DNA of 42,070 nucleotides from an uncultured Erysipelotrichaceae bacterium (GCA_902795755.1 CADBMO010000104.1:1-42070); one strand, 5' to 3'; counted from the stretch's first letter, positions 1-9,010 are shown. Made by a program: numbers and translations. Notes: generated by a model not told the origin, from the sequence alone.

Positions 1-69
1 AAAAAACACCTGGATATGTTGAAATAAAAAACATTATTTGATATAATGGTATAGTAAGGAAGTGATAAG

Positions 70-1005
70 ATGACATTTTCTAGTGAAATAAAAAAAGAAA
101 TAAGCACTGTAGAGTGTACTAGGGCTGAATATTTATCTGAATTATCTGGTATTATAAGAACTAGTGCAGATATTAAAATATATAATATTAAGATTCAAAC
201 CGAAAACAAATTTGTTGCAAATCGTGTTTTTGGACTATTTAAAATGCTTTATGATATAAACTTAAATATATCACTTCGTAAAAATTATAATTTTAAGAAA
301 AATGAAATATATGTCTTGGAATTAAAAAAAGATACTATGAAGGTGTTAAAAGATCTTGGAATCATAAATGATAAAAATGAACTACTAATAATCCCAAACG
401 AGTCATTGTTATCTGACGAAGAATTAGTTAGAGCGTATTTAAGAGGCGTTTTTATGGTTTCTGGTAGTTTAAATAATCCTAAGACATCTAGATATCATTT
501 GGAGTTTTTGATAAATGATTCAGGATATGCTAATTTTTTAAATAACCTTTTAAAAGAAAGAGGAATGAATAGTAAAATTCTTCATCGTAAAAAAGGATAC
601 ATGGTATATATTAAAGAAGCTGAAAAAATAAGTGATTTTCTTAAACTTATTAGAGCATATAACGGAGTTATGTTTTATGAAGAAATACGTGTATATCGTG
701 AAAAAGTAAATCATACTAATCGTTTAAATAATTGTGAGCAGGCTAACGTTGAAAGAACTGTTAATACTGCAAGAAAACAAATTGAAGAAATAGAATATAT
801 AAAAGAAAAGGGTATGTTTGATTTGTTAGAGGATAAGATAAGGCAAACTGCTGAGTATAGAGTTAAGTATCCTGAGACATCTCTTTTAGAGTTAAGTAAA
901 ATAATAAGTATAGAAACAGAGTCAAACGTTAGTAAATCTTGCTTAAATCATAGACTTAGAAAAATAAAAGAATTTGCGGATAAAATAAAAGAAGAAGACA
1001 AATAA
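70..1005 (+). CDS. whiA: DNA-binding sporulation/cell-division regulator WhiA
   Basis: 311-aa ORF preceded by an AAGGAAG SD. The N-terminus MTFSSEIKKEI...AEYLSELSGIIRTS, the length, and the C-terminal HTH-like SKSCLNHRLRKI are typical of WhiA. Assignment is by recall, not search. Confidence 0.85.
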   Translation: MTFSSEIKKEISTVECTRAEYLSELSGIIRTSADIKIYNIKIQTENKFVANRVFGLFKMLYDINLNISLRKNYNFKKNEIYVLELKKDTMKVLKDLGIINDKNELLIIPNESLLSDEELVRAYLRGVFMVSGSLNNPKTSRYHLEFLINDSGYANFLNNLLKERGMNSKILHRKKGYMVYIKEAEKISDFLKLIRAYNGVMFYEEIRVYREKVNHTNRLNNCEQANVERTVNTARKQIEEIEYIKEKGMFDLLEDKIRQTAEYRVKYPETSLLELSKIISIETESNVSKSCLNHRLRKIKEFADKIKEEDK

Positions 1006-1087
1006 AATTCTTTTTGATAAAGTCTTTTAAAAAAGTAATATTTTTGATAAAATAATATAAGTAATGATAGTGAAAGGAAGTGTTACC

Positions 1088-1885
1088 ATGGGAAGAGTAA
1101 TATCGTTGGTAAACCAAAAAGGTGGTGTTGGTAAAACAACTACTAGTATTAATCTAGCAGCATCTTTAGGTGTTCAAGATAAAAAAGTTCTTTTAATCGA
1201 TTTAGACCCTCAAGGTAATGCGTCTACTGGTGTTGGAATTAATAAAGGTGATGTTAGTTATAGCATTTATGACTTGTTGTTATCAAGATGTACACCTGAT
1301 AAGGCTATTATAAAAACAAAATTTAAAAATTTATACGTAATACCAGCGACCATTAATTTAGCTGGTGCAGATATAGAGTTAATTGAAAAAAGTAGACAAG
1401 ATGAAACTTATCAAAAAAATTTTCAATTAAAAAAAGCAATTGATGCTGTAAGAAACATATTTGATTTTATAATAATTGATTGCCCTCCTTCACTTGGTTT
1501 ATTAACTACTAATGCATTAACTGCATCTGATTCGGTATTAATACCAGTTCAATGTGAGTTTTTTGCACTTGAAGGAATTATGCAATTATTAAATTCAATA
1601 ATGTTAACACAAAGAAAATTAAATCCAAACCTTGAAATAGAAGGTGTCCTTCTTACTATGTTAGATTCTAGAACAAATTTAGGATTAGAAGTAGTAGAAG
1701 AGGTAAGAGGTTTCTTTAAAGAAAGAGTATATAATACGCTTATACCTAGATTAATAAGATTAACCGAAGCACCATCTCATGGTAAACCGATTTGTGCATA
1801 TGACCCAATGAGTAGGGGGACTGAGGCATACTTAAATTTGGCAAAGGAGGTTATTGAACAAGATGAAAGAAGAAACAGGGAGTAA
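1088..1885 (+). CDS. parA: Chromosome partitioning ATPase ParA/Soj
   Basis: Deviant Walker A VNQKGGVGKTTTSINLA, plus DLDPQGN and IIDCPPSLG motifs. I prefer the ATG at 1088 (AAGGAAG SD upstream) over the track start at 1064. Confidence 0.92.
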   Translation: MGRVISLVNQKGGVGKTTTSINLAASLGVQDKKVLLIDLDPQGNASTGVGINKGDVSYSIYDLLLSRCTPDKAIIKTKFKNLYVIPATINLAGADIELIEKSRQDETYQKNFQLKKAIDAVRNIFDFIIIDCPPSLGLLTTNALTASDSVLIPVQCEFFALEGIMQLLNSIMLTQRKLNPNLEIEGVLLTMLDSRTNLGLEVVEEVRGFFKERVYNTLIPRLIRLTEAPSHGKPICAYDPMSRGTEAYLNLAKEVIEQDERRNRE

Positions 1886-2756
1886 AAGAAAAGCTCTTGG
1901 AATGGGATTGGAGCAACTATTTAATTCTGAAATGTTAGACTTCGATAAAGTTGAAAAGAAAATAGTTGATACTACTCCTAAAGATGAAATAGTAGAATTA
2001 CCAATTAAAGAGTTAATGAGTAACCCATACCAGCCAAGGAAAATATTTAATGATGATGCATTAAAAGAATTGTCAGATTCAATTAAAGAACATGGTGTAT
2101 TTCAACCAATTATCGTTAAGAAAAGTGTTAAAGGGTACAATATAATAGCAGGTGAAAGAAGAGTTAAAGCATCTACAATGGCAGGAAGAGAAACCGTCCC
2201 TGCAATCGTTAGAGATTTTACTGATGATGAAATGATGCAAATTTCTCTTTTGGAAAATCTTCAAAGAGAAGATTTAACTGCAATAGAAGAGGCAAAAGCT
2301 TATAAAAAAATAATTGAAGAATTAAGATTGACTCAAGAAGATTTAGCAAAAAAACTTGGTAAATCAAGAAGCCATATTACAAATATGCTTGGGTTATTAC
2401 GTTTACCATTAAGTGTACAAAACATGGTTTTATATAATAAGTTATCTATGGGACATGCAAGAGTTCTAAGTAAGCTAGAAAATCACGAAAAAATAACTGA
2501 ACTTGCAAACGAGGTTGTAAAAAATAACTTAAGCGTTAGAGATTTAGAAAACTTAGTAAGTGGAAGTTCTTTTAAAAAAGTTGTTAATATGAAGCCAAGA
2601 ACTCAAAAGTCTAAAGAATATAAATATGTAGAAAATGCAATGAAGGATAAACTAGGAACAAAAGTATCTATTTCTGAAAACAAAATTAAGATTACTTTTG
2701 TTTCACCTGAAGACTTAAATAGAATATTAGAAATATTAAATATTGAAGTGGAATAG
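1863..2756 (+). CDS. parB: Chromosome partitioning protein ParB/Spo0J
   Basis: ParB box IIAGERRVKAS and HTH TQEDLAKKLGKSRSHITNMLGLLRLP. The track start at 1854 is a TTG only 3 nt after the SD AAGGAGG (1844-1850), so I prefer the ATG at 1863. Confidence 0.92.
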   Translation: MKEETGSKRKALGMGLEQLFNSEMLDFDKVEKKIVDTTPKDEIVELPIKELMSNPYQPRKIFNDDALKELSDSIKEHGVFQPIIVKKSVKGYNIIAGERRVKASTMAGRETVPAIVRDFTDDEMMQISLLENLQREDLTAIEEAKAYKKIIEELRLTQEDLAKKLGKSRSHITNMLGLLRLPLSVQNMVLYNKLSMGHARVLSKLENHEKITELANEVVKNNLSVRDLENLVSGSSFKKVVNMKPRTQKSKEYKYVENAMKDKLGTKVSISENKIKITFVSPEDLNRILEILNIEVE

Positions 2757-2765
2757 GGTGATTTT

Positions 2766-3572
2766 GTGAAAATATTTGACGTGAGGATACCAAAAGAAGT
2801 ATATGGACCGATAATAATTATTATATCTACTGTAATTATAGAGAAAATAATAAAATTAATAATAAAAAAAGTATTTAATCCAAATAGAAAACATTCAAAA
2901 CTTGATGCAAGAAAAGTTTTAACCATTCAAAGTTTATTATGTAACGTTGTAAAATATTTATTGTGGATTGCGGCGGTGTTTTCTATATTAGGAGTATTTG
3001 GTATTAATACTGCTGCAATAGTAACTGGATTAGGTGTAGTAAGTTTAGTAATTGGTCTTGCTTTTCAAGATATGTTAAAAGATATATTAGCAGGGGTATC
3101 AATTTTATTTGAAAATTGGTTTGCCGTAGGTGACTTTGTTAAAATAGAAGACTTTTCAGGTACCGTAACGTCAGTTGGATTAAAATCAACAAAGATACAA
3201 GCCTATACTGGAGAAATAAAAATAATATCAAACAGAAATATATCAGCAGTTATAAATTATAGTTTAGATAAAACTTTAGCTGTTGCTGATATATCTGTTA
3301 GTTATGAATCAGACTTAGATGAGGTAGAAAAAATACTTAAATTAGCATGTACTAGGTTAAAAGAGGAATGTGATCTTTTAGTAGAAGAACCTGAAGTGTT
3401 AGGAGTACAATCATTAGATGATTCTGCTGTTGTGTTTAGAGTGATTGGAAAGTGTAAGCCTGCTAAACATTTTATAGTAGAGAGATATATGAAAAAGGAA
3501 TTGAAAAAGACTTTGGATAAAAATAAAGTTAAGATACCTTATCCACAAATTGAGGTGCATAATGAAAAATAA
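2766..3572 (+). CDS. Small-conductance mechanosensitive channel (MscS family)
   Basis: Three N-terminal TM segments, followed by GLAFQDMLKDILAGVSILFENWFAVGDFVKIEDFSGTVTSVGLKSTKI, which is the typical MscS pore helix and beta domain. GTG start. Confidence 0.85.
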   Translation: MKIFDVRIPKEVYGPIIIIISTVIIEKIIKLIIKKVFNPNRKHSKLDARKVLTIQSLLCNVVKYLLWIAAVFSILGVFGINTAAIVTGLGVVSLVIGLAFQDMLKDILAGVSILFENWFAVGDFVKIEDFSGTVTSVGLKSTKIQAYTGEIKIISNRNISAVINYSLDKTLAVADISVSYESDLDEVEKILKLACTRLKEECDLLVEEPEVLGVQSLDDSAVVFRVIGKCKPAKHFIVERYMKKELKKTLDKNKVKIPYPQIEVHNEK

Positions 3573-3759
3573 TTATGATGTAGGAACGCTAGTTGAATTA
3601 AAAAAACAACATCCATGTGGTTCAAAAATATTTGAAATTACAAGAATTGGCGTTGATATAAAAATTAAGTGTAAGGAATGTGGTAGAACAATAATGCTAC
3701 CTAGAATAGACTTTAATAAGAAGATAAAAAAGGTGTTGGAGGTACAAGATGAAAAGTAA
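3562..3759 (+). CDS. DUF951 (YyzM-like) small protein
   Basis: Sequence DVGTLVELKKQHPCGS...ITRIGVDIKIKCKECGRTIMLPR contains the CxxC-type DUF951 signature. The ATG at 3562 overlaps the mscS stop. Confidence 0.75.
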   Translation: MKNNYDVGTLVELKKQHPCGSKIFEITRIGVDIKIKCKECGRTIMLPRIDFNKKIKKVLEVQDEK

Positions 3760-5287
3760 ACTGATTAAAAGATCGTCACATCCGGTAATGTTCTTTGTAT
3801 ATTTATCACTATTATTTATAGTAATAAGTGGTATTGCAAGTGCATTAAATTTTCAGGTGACATATGAAGGATTAACTACTATTGCTGGTGAAGTAGAGTC
3901 TAAGACGGTTGCCGTAAACTCTTTATTAAGTTTAGATGGATTAAAATATTTAATTACAAGTGCTTATAATAATTTAAGTACTTATACACCATTTGCAATG
4001 CTTTTAATAGCAGCTATTTCATTTGGTATTGCATTAAAATCCAATTTTTTAAGAGTATTGTTTGGAAAAATATGCAGTAAGGTACCAAAATGGGTTGTAG
4101 TATTTTTATACGTTTTACTTGGTATAGTATTAAGCGTTGAAGGTAATGCAGCATATGTATTATTGTTACCACTTGGTGCAGTAATGTTTATGTCAATGAA
4201 CAGAAATCCATTAGGAGGACTTGCGTTAGGTTTTGCATCGGTTGCTGCAGGTCATGGTGCAGGATTATTTGTTAATTCGCTTGATTATGCTTTGGCTGCA
4301 AAAACTGAGGCAGGTGCTATACTACTTGAAAAAAGTGCTGTTGTTGCAGAAAATAGTAACCTTATATTTATAATAGTTGCGTCAATTGTAATAGCAGCAG
4401 TATGTACAATAGTATGTGAGAAGATAGTTGTTAGAAAACTTGGTAGAAATCAAATAGATGAAGAAGATGAATACGTATTAGAAGAGGTGGCTGAGAAAAA
4501 AGGATTAATAGCAGTATTAATTACAACAATAATATATTTAATACCAATTATATTAATGATTTTACCTATTAAAAACAGTCAATTCTTTGGTTTATTATTA
4601 GATAAGTCACAAACTGGTTATGCTAATATGTTATTTAGTGAAGAAGCACTATTTATGACTAACTTTGTTGGAATAGTAGCATTCCTATTTGGACTTCAAG
4701 GATTTGTGTTTGGAGTTGTAACAAAAACCATTAGAAAAATAAGTGATGTCGTTAATTTTTCGACTAAGTATTTAAAATCTATAGGTGGAATATTTGTTTT
4801 AATATTCTTTGCAGCACAATTATATGGAATAGTTAATGAAACAAATTTAGGAGTTGTAATAACTGGTATATTTGCAAATGTAATTAGTAATTCAAATTTT
4901 GGATATGTACCACTAATTGCATTATTATTAGTATTTACTATGATTGCAAATTTATTAATACCAAATTCATTAACAAAATGGGAAATATTAGCACCATCTG
5001 TTGTACCAACTTTGTTAAAAGCAAATATAGCGCCTGCTTTTGCACAATTGATATTTAGGGCAGGAGATTCTATAACAAATGTTATTACACCAATGTTTAT
5101 GTATTTTGTAATATTTATTGGTTTTGTTGAAGTATATACTAAAAATAAAAATGATTTTAGCATTAAAAAGTGCTATAAAATCATATTCCCATATTTTATT
5201 GCAATTGCATTAGTATGGATATTATTACTACTTAGTTGGTGTGTAATTGGTCTACCAATAGGGCCAGGAATTAGTCCATGGAGATAG
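3749..5287 (+). CDS. AbgT-family (p-aminobenzoyl-glutamate type) transporter
   Basis: 512-aa polytopic membrane protein. N-terminus RSSHPVMFFVYLSLLFIVISG...VNSLLSLDGLKYLITSAYNN...TPFAMLL resembles the AbgT N-terminal signature. GGAGG SD lies 6 nt before the ATG. Confidence 0.7.
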   Translation: MKSKLIKRSSHPVMFFVYLSLLFIVISGIASALNFQVTYEGLTTIAGEVESKTVAVNSLLSLDGLKYLITSAYNNLSTYTPFAMLLIAAISFGIALKSNFLRVLFGKICSKVPKWVVVFLYVLLGIVLSVEGNAAYVLLLPLGAVMFMSMNRNPLGGLALGFASVAAGHGAGLFVNSLDYALAAKTEAGAILLEKSAVVAENSNLIFIIVASIVIAAVCTIVCEKIVVRKLGRNQIDEEDEYVLEEVAEKKGLIAVLITTIIYLIPIILMILPIKNSQFFGLLLDKSQTGYANMLFSEEALFMTNFVGIVAFLFGLQGFVFGVVTKTIRKISDVVNFSTKYLKSIGGIFVLIFFAAQLYGIVNETNLGVVITGIFANVISNSNFGYVPLIALLLVFTMIANLLIPNSLTKWEILAPSVVPTLLKANIAPAFAQLIFRAGDSITNVITPMFMYFVIFIGFVEVYTKNKNDFSIKKCYKIIFPYFIAIALVWILLLLSWCVIGLPIGPGISPWR

Positions 5288-5296
5288 GAGGTTATT

Positions 5297-6331
5297 ATGG
5301 ATAACAATAGAAAGGATTTAAACAAATTTTACGATTATTGTAAAAATATCATCATAAATAATTCAAAAATAGATAAACGTTTATTAAAAGAAAATATTAA
5401 TATTTCTAAATATTTAGATGATTATGCAAAAAAAATTGTTAATAAAAAACTGACTGAAGATTATGATTGGCTAGAAAAAACTCTTGATTCAAGTTTTGAA
5501 AGAAAGTTGTTAAATGATTTAGATTATGAATTAGAAAATATGGACTACGATTATTTTAATGCTAATATATCTAAATTTCTTGATCCATATACAAACTTTA
5601 GTGAAGATGAAATAGATTGGGAAGAAGTGTTAAAAAAATTAAAAGAAGATTTTGTGGTTAACATGAATTATGGAGCACCAAAAGAAACATATATTCCGAT
5701 GGCCAGCTATAGAGTTGTTTCATTAATTGATACTAAAAACGATTATTCAAGGGAAATTCGTAAATCAGCTAGACCTGAAGATATTATTGTAGAATTAGAA
5801 AAATATGAGTGTGATCCAGATGGCAAAGTAAAACCAGATAGAAGTTATAAGTTATATATTCCGCTAGCAAAGTTAGTTAAAGATGATGTATTAAGAATTG
5901 GTGCTGATAACAAAAGAGCATTTAAAGAAATGTTTGGTTCAGGCGAATCGTTTGATAAGCTAGTGACAGTGACAAAATTAATACAAGATAGAATGGCAAA
6001 AGATCCTAAAATTGCAAATGAAGGAATGAAAGTTCATGAAGAAAAAAGTATTTCTATAGACGATTTAGATGCTAGATTAGTTCACGTAGAAGAAAAAATA
6101 GTAAATGGTGAAAAGAAGTTGGTTTCAGAAGATATTACTGCTTCTAATACTTCTTTAGCAATTTATGGATGTGCTGTTTTAGTAAAAAGAAAAGAAAAGA
6201 TAAAGGATATTGATTGGAGAGATCCAGATGGTCCATCAACATCAGTGGGAGTGATATCATATGGTGAGCCAGACTATAGCCCAGGATTTGAAGAACCGCC
6301 TGAAATAGGTCGCGGAGGAATGATAAGATAA
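5297..6331 (+). CDS. Hypothetical soluble protein, 344 aa, no family recognised
   Basis: Long ORF with a strong SD (AGGAGG) 9 nt after the abgT-like stop, followed by a strong terminator. It has an acidic Asp/Tyr/Leu-rich N-terminal third and no TM segments. Confidence 0.7.
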   Translation: MDNNRKDLNKFYDYCKNIIINNSKIDKRLLKENINISKYLDDYAKKIVNKKLTEDYDWLEKTLDSSFERKLLNDLDYELENMDYDYFNANISKFLDPYTNFSEDEIDWEEVLKKLKEDFVVNMNYGAPKETYIPMASYRVVSLIDTKNDYSREIRKSARPEDIIVELEKYECDPDGKVKPDRSYKLYIPLAKLVKDDVLRIGADNKRAFKEMFGSGESFDKLVTVTKLIQDRMAKDPKIANEGMKVHEEKSISIDDLDARLVHVEEKIVNGEKKLVSEDITASNTSLAIYGCAVLVKRKEKIKDIDWRDPDGPSTSVGVISYGEPDYSPGFEEPPEIGRGGMIR

Positions 6332-6334
6332 AAT

Positions 6335-6359
6335 AAAAAGCACCATGGTGCTTTTTTTT
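6335..6359. terminator. Rho-independent terminator (palindrome GCACCATGGTGC flanked by A-run and T-run)
   Basis: The sequence aaaaaGCACCATGGTGCttttttt lies directly after the 5297-6331 stop. Confidence 0.85.
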
Positions 6360-6401
6360 AACCCTTTTATTTGCTATAATAAACTTAAAGGACGTGATAG
6401 T

Positions 6402-7499
6402 ATGGCGTTAACTGCCGGAATAGTAGGATTACCAAACGTTGGTAAATCAACATTATTTAATGCAATAACTAAAAAAAATATATTAGCAGCAAATTATCCA
6501 TTTGCAACAATAGAACCAAATGTAGGTATGGTAACGGTACCAGATAAAAGATTAGACTTTTTAAATGAATTAGTTAAACCTAAAAGCTTAGTACCAACTA
6601 CTTTTGAATTCACTGATATAGCAGGATTGGTTAAAGGTGCATCACATGGCGAAGGTCTTGGTAATAAGTTTTTATCCCATATAAAAGATGTTGATGCGGT
6701 TGTAGAAGTAGTTAGATGTTTTGATGACTCAAACATTACTCACGTAGAAGGTGGAGCAGATCCACTTCGTGATATAGAAATAATAGATGTAGAATTTATT
6801 TTTTGTGACTTAGAAGTTGTTGATAATAGACTTGGTAAGATAGAGAAAAAAGCAATATCAACAAAAGATAAAGAAGCATTAAAAGAAGTAGAATTACTTA
6901 AGAGAATAAAAGCAGCTTTAGAAGATAATATTCCAGCAAGAAAGTTAGAGTATTCTAAAGATGATTTAAAAATGCTTAAGGCATTTAATCTTCTTACTAT
7001 GAAACCTATTATATACGTTGCAAATATAAAAGAAGATGAAATAGGAACTGATAATGACTATGTTAAAGCGGTTAAGGAATATGCTAAAAAAGATAACGCT
7101 GAAGTAATTGTACTTTGTGCAAAGATAGAAGAAGAGTTATCAGCTTTCGAAGGAGAAGAAAAAGAAGCGTTTTTAACAGAGCTTGGTATTGGTGAAAGTG
7201 GCCTTGATAAACTAATTAAAGCATCATATTCACTATTAGGTCTTCAAACTTACTTTACTGCAGGGCCTAAAGAAGTTAGGGCATGGACTTTTAAAAAAGG
7301 TATGAAAGCACCAGAATGTGCTGGTATTATTCATAGTGACTTTGAAAGAGGATTTATAAGAGCAGAGGTAATAAGCTTTGAAGACATGGAAAAGTATAAA
7401 GGTGAACAAGAATGTAAGGCTGCAGGCAGACTACGTAGTGAAGGTAAAGAATACGTTATGCAAGATGGGGATATCTGTTTATTTAGATTTAACGTTTAG
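6402..7499 (+). CDS. ychF: Ribosome-binding ATPase YchF
   Basis: MALTAGIVGLPNVGKSTLFNA...ANYPFATIEPNVG...DIAGLVKGAS.GEGLGNKFL. The track start at 6345 lies inside the upstream terminator, so I use the ATG at 6402. A TATAAT is present at 6375-6380. Confidence 0.95.
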   Translation: MALTAGIVGLPNVGKSTLFNAITKKNILAANYPFATIEPNVGMVTVPDKRLDFLNELVKPKSLVPTTFEFTDIAGLVKGASHGEGLGNKFLSHIKDVDAVVEVVRCFDDSNITHVEGGADPLRDIEIIDVEFIFCDLEVVDNRLGKIEKKAISTKDKEALKEVELLKRIKAALEDNIPARKLEYSKDDLKMLKAFNLLTMKPIIYVANIKEDEIGTDNDYVKAVKEYAKKDNAEVIVLCAKIEEELSAFEGEEKEAFLTELGIGESGLDKLIKASYSLLGLQTYFTAGPKEVRAWTFKKGMKAPECAGIIHSDFERGFIRAEVISFEDMEKYKGEQECKAAGRLRSEGKEYVMQDGDICLFRFNV

Positions 7500-7514
7500 G
7501 AGGGTTGAGGGTTT

Positions 7515-7880
7515 ATGAATATAATAAATAGAATTTTTGGCTTTTCTACAAGGAATGTTTGTTTAGTAGAAATTTTAACTTTTTATGAAAGCAAGATGAT
7601 AGATTTTCAGAGTTCAAAAATATACTATAAACCTAATATGAGGTTTCGCGTTGTTAGAGAAAAATATGATGCTAACGGTACCTATTACAAAGATTTAGTT
7701 AGCCATAAAAAATATAAAGATTTATTTAATCCAGATAATTATGTTGGAGATATAGTTGCAACTAAAACACTTGATTTAAGTAAAAAAAGAAGATTAAGAT
7801 ACAAAGATGCTAAAATATTAAATGATTCCATTAACCAAAGCAATTATCATGAATTAGATAATGTATATATTAAAAAGTAA
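7515..7880 (+). CDS. Hypothetical protein, 121 aa
   Basis: ORF with SD AGGAGGG upstream. No recognisable motifs. Confidence 0.5.
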   Translation: MNIINRIFGFSTRNVCLVEILTFYESKMIDFQSSKIYYKPNMRFRVVREKYDANGTYYKDLVSHKKYKDLFNPDNYVGDIVATKTLDLSKKRRLRYKDAKILNDSINQSNYHELDNVYIKK

Positions 7881-7899
7881 ATAATATAATTAATTATAA

Positions 7900-7928
7900 A
7901 AAGATGGTTTACTTAAATCATCTTTTTT
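7900..7928 (+). terminator. Rho-independent terminator
   Basis: Stem AAGATG/CATCTT followed by a T-run. Confidence 0.7.
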
Positions 7929-7936
7929 GTTATAAT

Positions 7937-8008
7937 ACGAGCGAGTAATTAATTTTTGCTCACCCTTGCCCTACGGGGCCGAATAGACCAGAAGAGGAGG
8001 AAAAGAAT
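7937..8008 (+). promoter_or_regulatory. Candidate rpsF (S6:S18) autoregulatory leader
   Basis: An extended -10 tgtTATAAT lies at 7928-7936. It is followed by a leader with the hairpin GCCC-UACG-GGGC (7968-7979, a UNCG-type tetraloop), just upstream of the SD GAGGAGG. Confidence 0.4.
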
Positions 8009-8293
8009 ATGAAATACGAAATTATGTTTATCGTAAGACCAGATTTAGAAGAAAAAGCTGTTAAAGATGTAGCTAAGTCTTTTGAAAAAGTTTTAAAAGA
8101 TAACGGTGCTAAAATAGTTGAATCTAAAGAACTAGGTCAAAAAGAATTAGCATATGAAATTAAAAATCATAAAACAGGTTTTTATTTCTTAGTTAACATT
8201 GAAGCTAAAGATGCTAATGCTATAAACGAATTTAATCGTTTAGCATTAATTAGTGAAGACGTTATTCGTCATTTAATAACAAAAGAAGATTAA
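8009..8293 (+). CDS. rpsF: 30S ribosomal protein S6
   Basis: MKYEIMFIVRPDLEE...ELAYEIK.HKTGFY. Typical bS6 sequence and length. Confidence 0.97.
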   Translation: MKYEIMFIVRPDLEEKAVKDVAKSFEKVLKDNGAKIVESKELGQKELAYEIKNHKTGFYFLVNIEAKDANAINEFNRLALISEDVIRHLITKED

Positions 8294-8307
8294 TAGTGAG
8301 GTAAAAC

Positions 8308-8775
8308 ATGAATAAAGCGTTTTTAATTGGAAGATTAACTAGAGATCCAGAATTAAGATATTCATCTAGTAATACACCAATTGTTAATTTTACAATTGCA
8401 ATTGATAGACAATTTACTAATAGAGATGGTCAAAGAGAAACTGACTTTATTAGAATAGTTGCATATAACAAGCAAGCAGAGAATATTTCTAAGTTTGTTA
8501 GTAAAGGTTCTCTTGTAGCAGTAGATGGAAGAATTCAAACTGGCAGTTATGAAGATAAAGACGGCAAACGTGTATATACTACTGATATAGTAGCTGATAG
8601 AGTACAATTTCTAGATAATAGAAATAGCTCTAATTCATCACAAAGTGATGCGTCTGGTGATGATGTATCACCAGCAGATTTCCAAAATAATGCTGAAGAA
8701 ACAAATGTTTCTGATGATGTATTTGCTGATTTTGGAAGTAGCATAGAAATTAGTGATGATGATATTGCATTTTAA
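8308..8775 (+). CDS. ssb: Single-stranded DNA-binding protein
   Basis: OB fold MNKAFLIGRLTRDPELRY, acidic C-terminal tip DDDIAF, and position in the rpsF-ssb-rpsR context. Confidence 0.97.
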   Translation: MNKAFLIGRLTRDPELRYSSSNTPIVNFTIAIDRQFTNRDGQRETDFIRIVAYNKQAENISKFVSKGSLVAVDGRIQTGSYEDKDGKRVYTTDIVADRVQFLDNRNSSNSSQSDASGDDVSPADFQNNAEETNVSDDVFADFGSSIEISDDDIAF

Positions 8776-8793
8776 TAATAAGGAGGAATAAAA

Positions 8794-9009
8794 ATGGCAG
8801 AGTTTTTTAGAAAAAAGAAAAAAGTATGTCAATTATGTGCTGGAAAAAGCGTAGATTATAAAAACCCTGAAATTTTAAGAAAATATATAACTGAAAATGG
8901 TAAAATATTACCAAGAAGAGTTACAGGAGCATGCGCAAAGCACCAAAGATACATAGCTGGTGAAATTAAGAAAGCTAGAATGATAGCATTATTACCATTT
9001 TGTAAATAA
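8794..9009 (+). CDS. rpsR: 30S ribosomal protein S18
   Basis: KKKVCQLCA...VDYKN..LRKYITE.GKILPRR.TG.CAKHQR. Typical bS18 sequence. Confidence 0.97.
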   Translation: MAEFFRKKKKVCQLCAGKSVDYKNPEILRKYITENGKILPRRVTGACAKHQRYIAGEIKKARMIALLPFCK

Positions 9010-9010
9010 G

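Noticed and set aside
39-54. The 16-nt string TGATATAATGGTATAG is identical at 39-54 and 29222-29237. TGATATAAT-like strings also occur at about 9035, 9708, 14300, 30605 and 36090.
   Set aside because: These all sit 20-40 nt upstream of start codons and match the TGn-extended -10 consensus. They are best explained as strong sigma-A promoters rather than a dispersed repeat or mobile-element end.
2699-2714. parS-like sequence TGTTTCACCTGAAGAC near the 3' end of parB, the same relative location as the parS inside B. subtilis spo0J. A second weak match occurs at 27511-27526 (TTATTCACGTGAAAAC).
   Set aside because: Only about 12 of 16 positions match TGTTNCACGTGNAACA. The first lacks the central CACGTG palindrome, and the second has poor arms. 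Neither is convincing as a functional parS.
3539-3547. Perfect DnaA-box 9-mer TTATCCACA, with a one-mismatch inverted copy (TTTGGATAA) at 3512-3520.
   Set aside because: It lies inside the 3' end of the mscS coding sequence. There is no cluster of boxes, no AT-rich unwinding element and no dnaA/dnaN nearby. A single consensus 9-mer in a window this size is compatible with chance.
4696-5163. 155-aa ORF antisense to the AbgT-like transporter. Similar antisense ORFs occur at 2079-2264, 2603-2926, 6494-6736, 8362-8744 and 11162-11377.
   Set aside because: Each lies entirely within and opposite a well-supported gene. The translations are low-complexity Ile/Phe/Asn/Ser-rich, and there is no SD or promoter. 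These are typical shadow ORFs in AT-rich DNA.
6345-6401. Track-predicted N-terminal extension of ychF. Similar upstream extensions occur at 1064 (parA), 1854 (parB), 3550 (DUF951), 19530, 26513, 30621, 34012 (tpiA) and 34819.
   Set aside because: The extensions start at TTG/GTG codons, or inside terminators or upstream genes, and add residues absent from the conserved family N-termini. Downstream ATGs with properly spaced SDs fit better.
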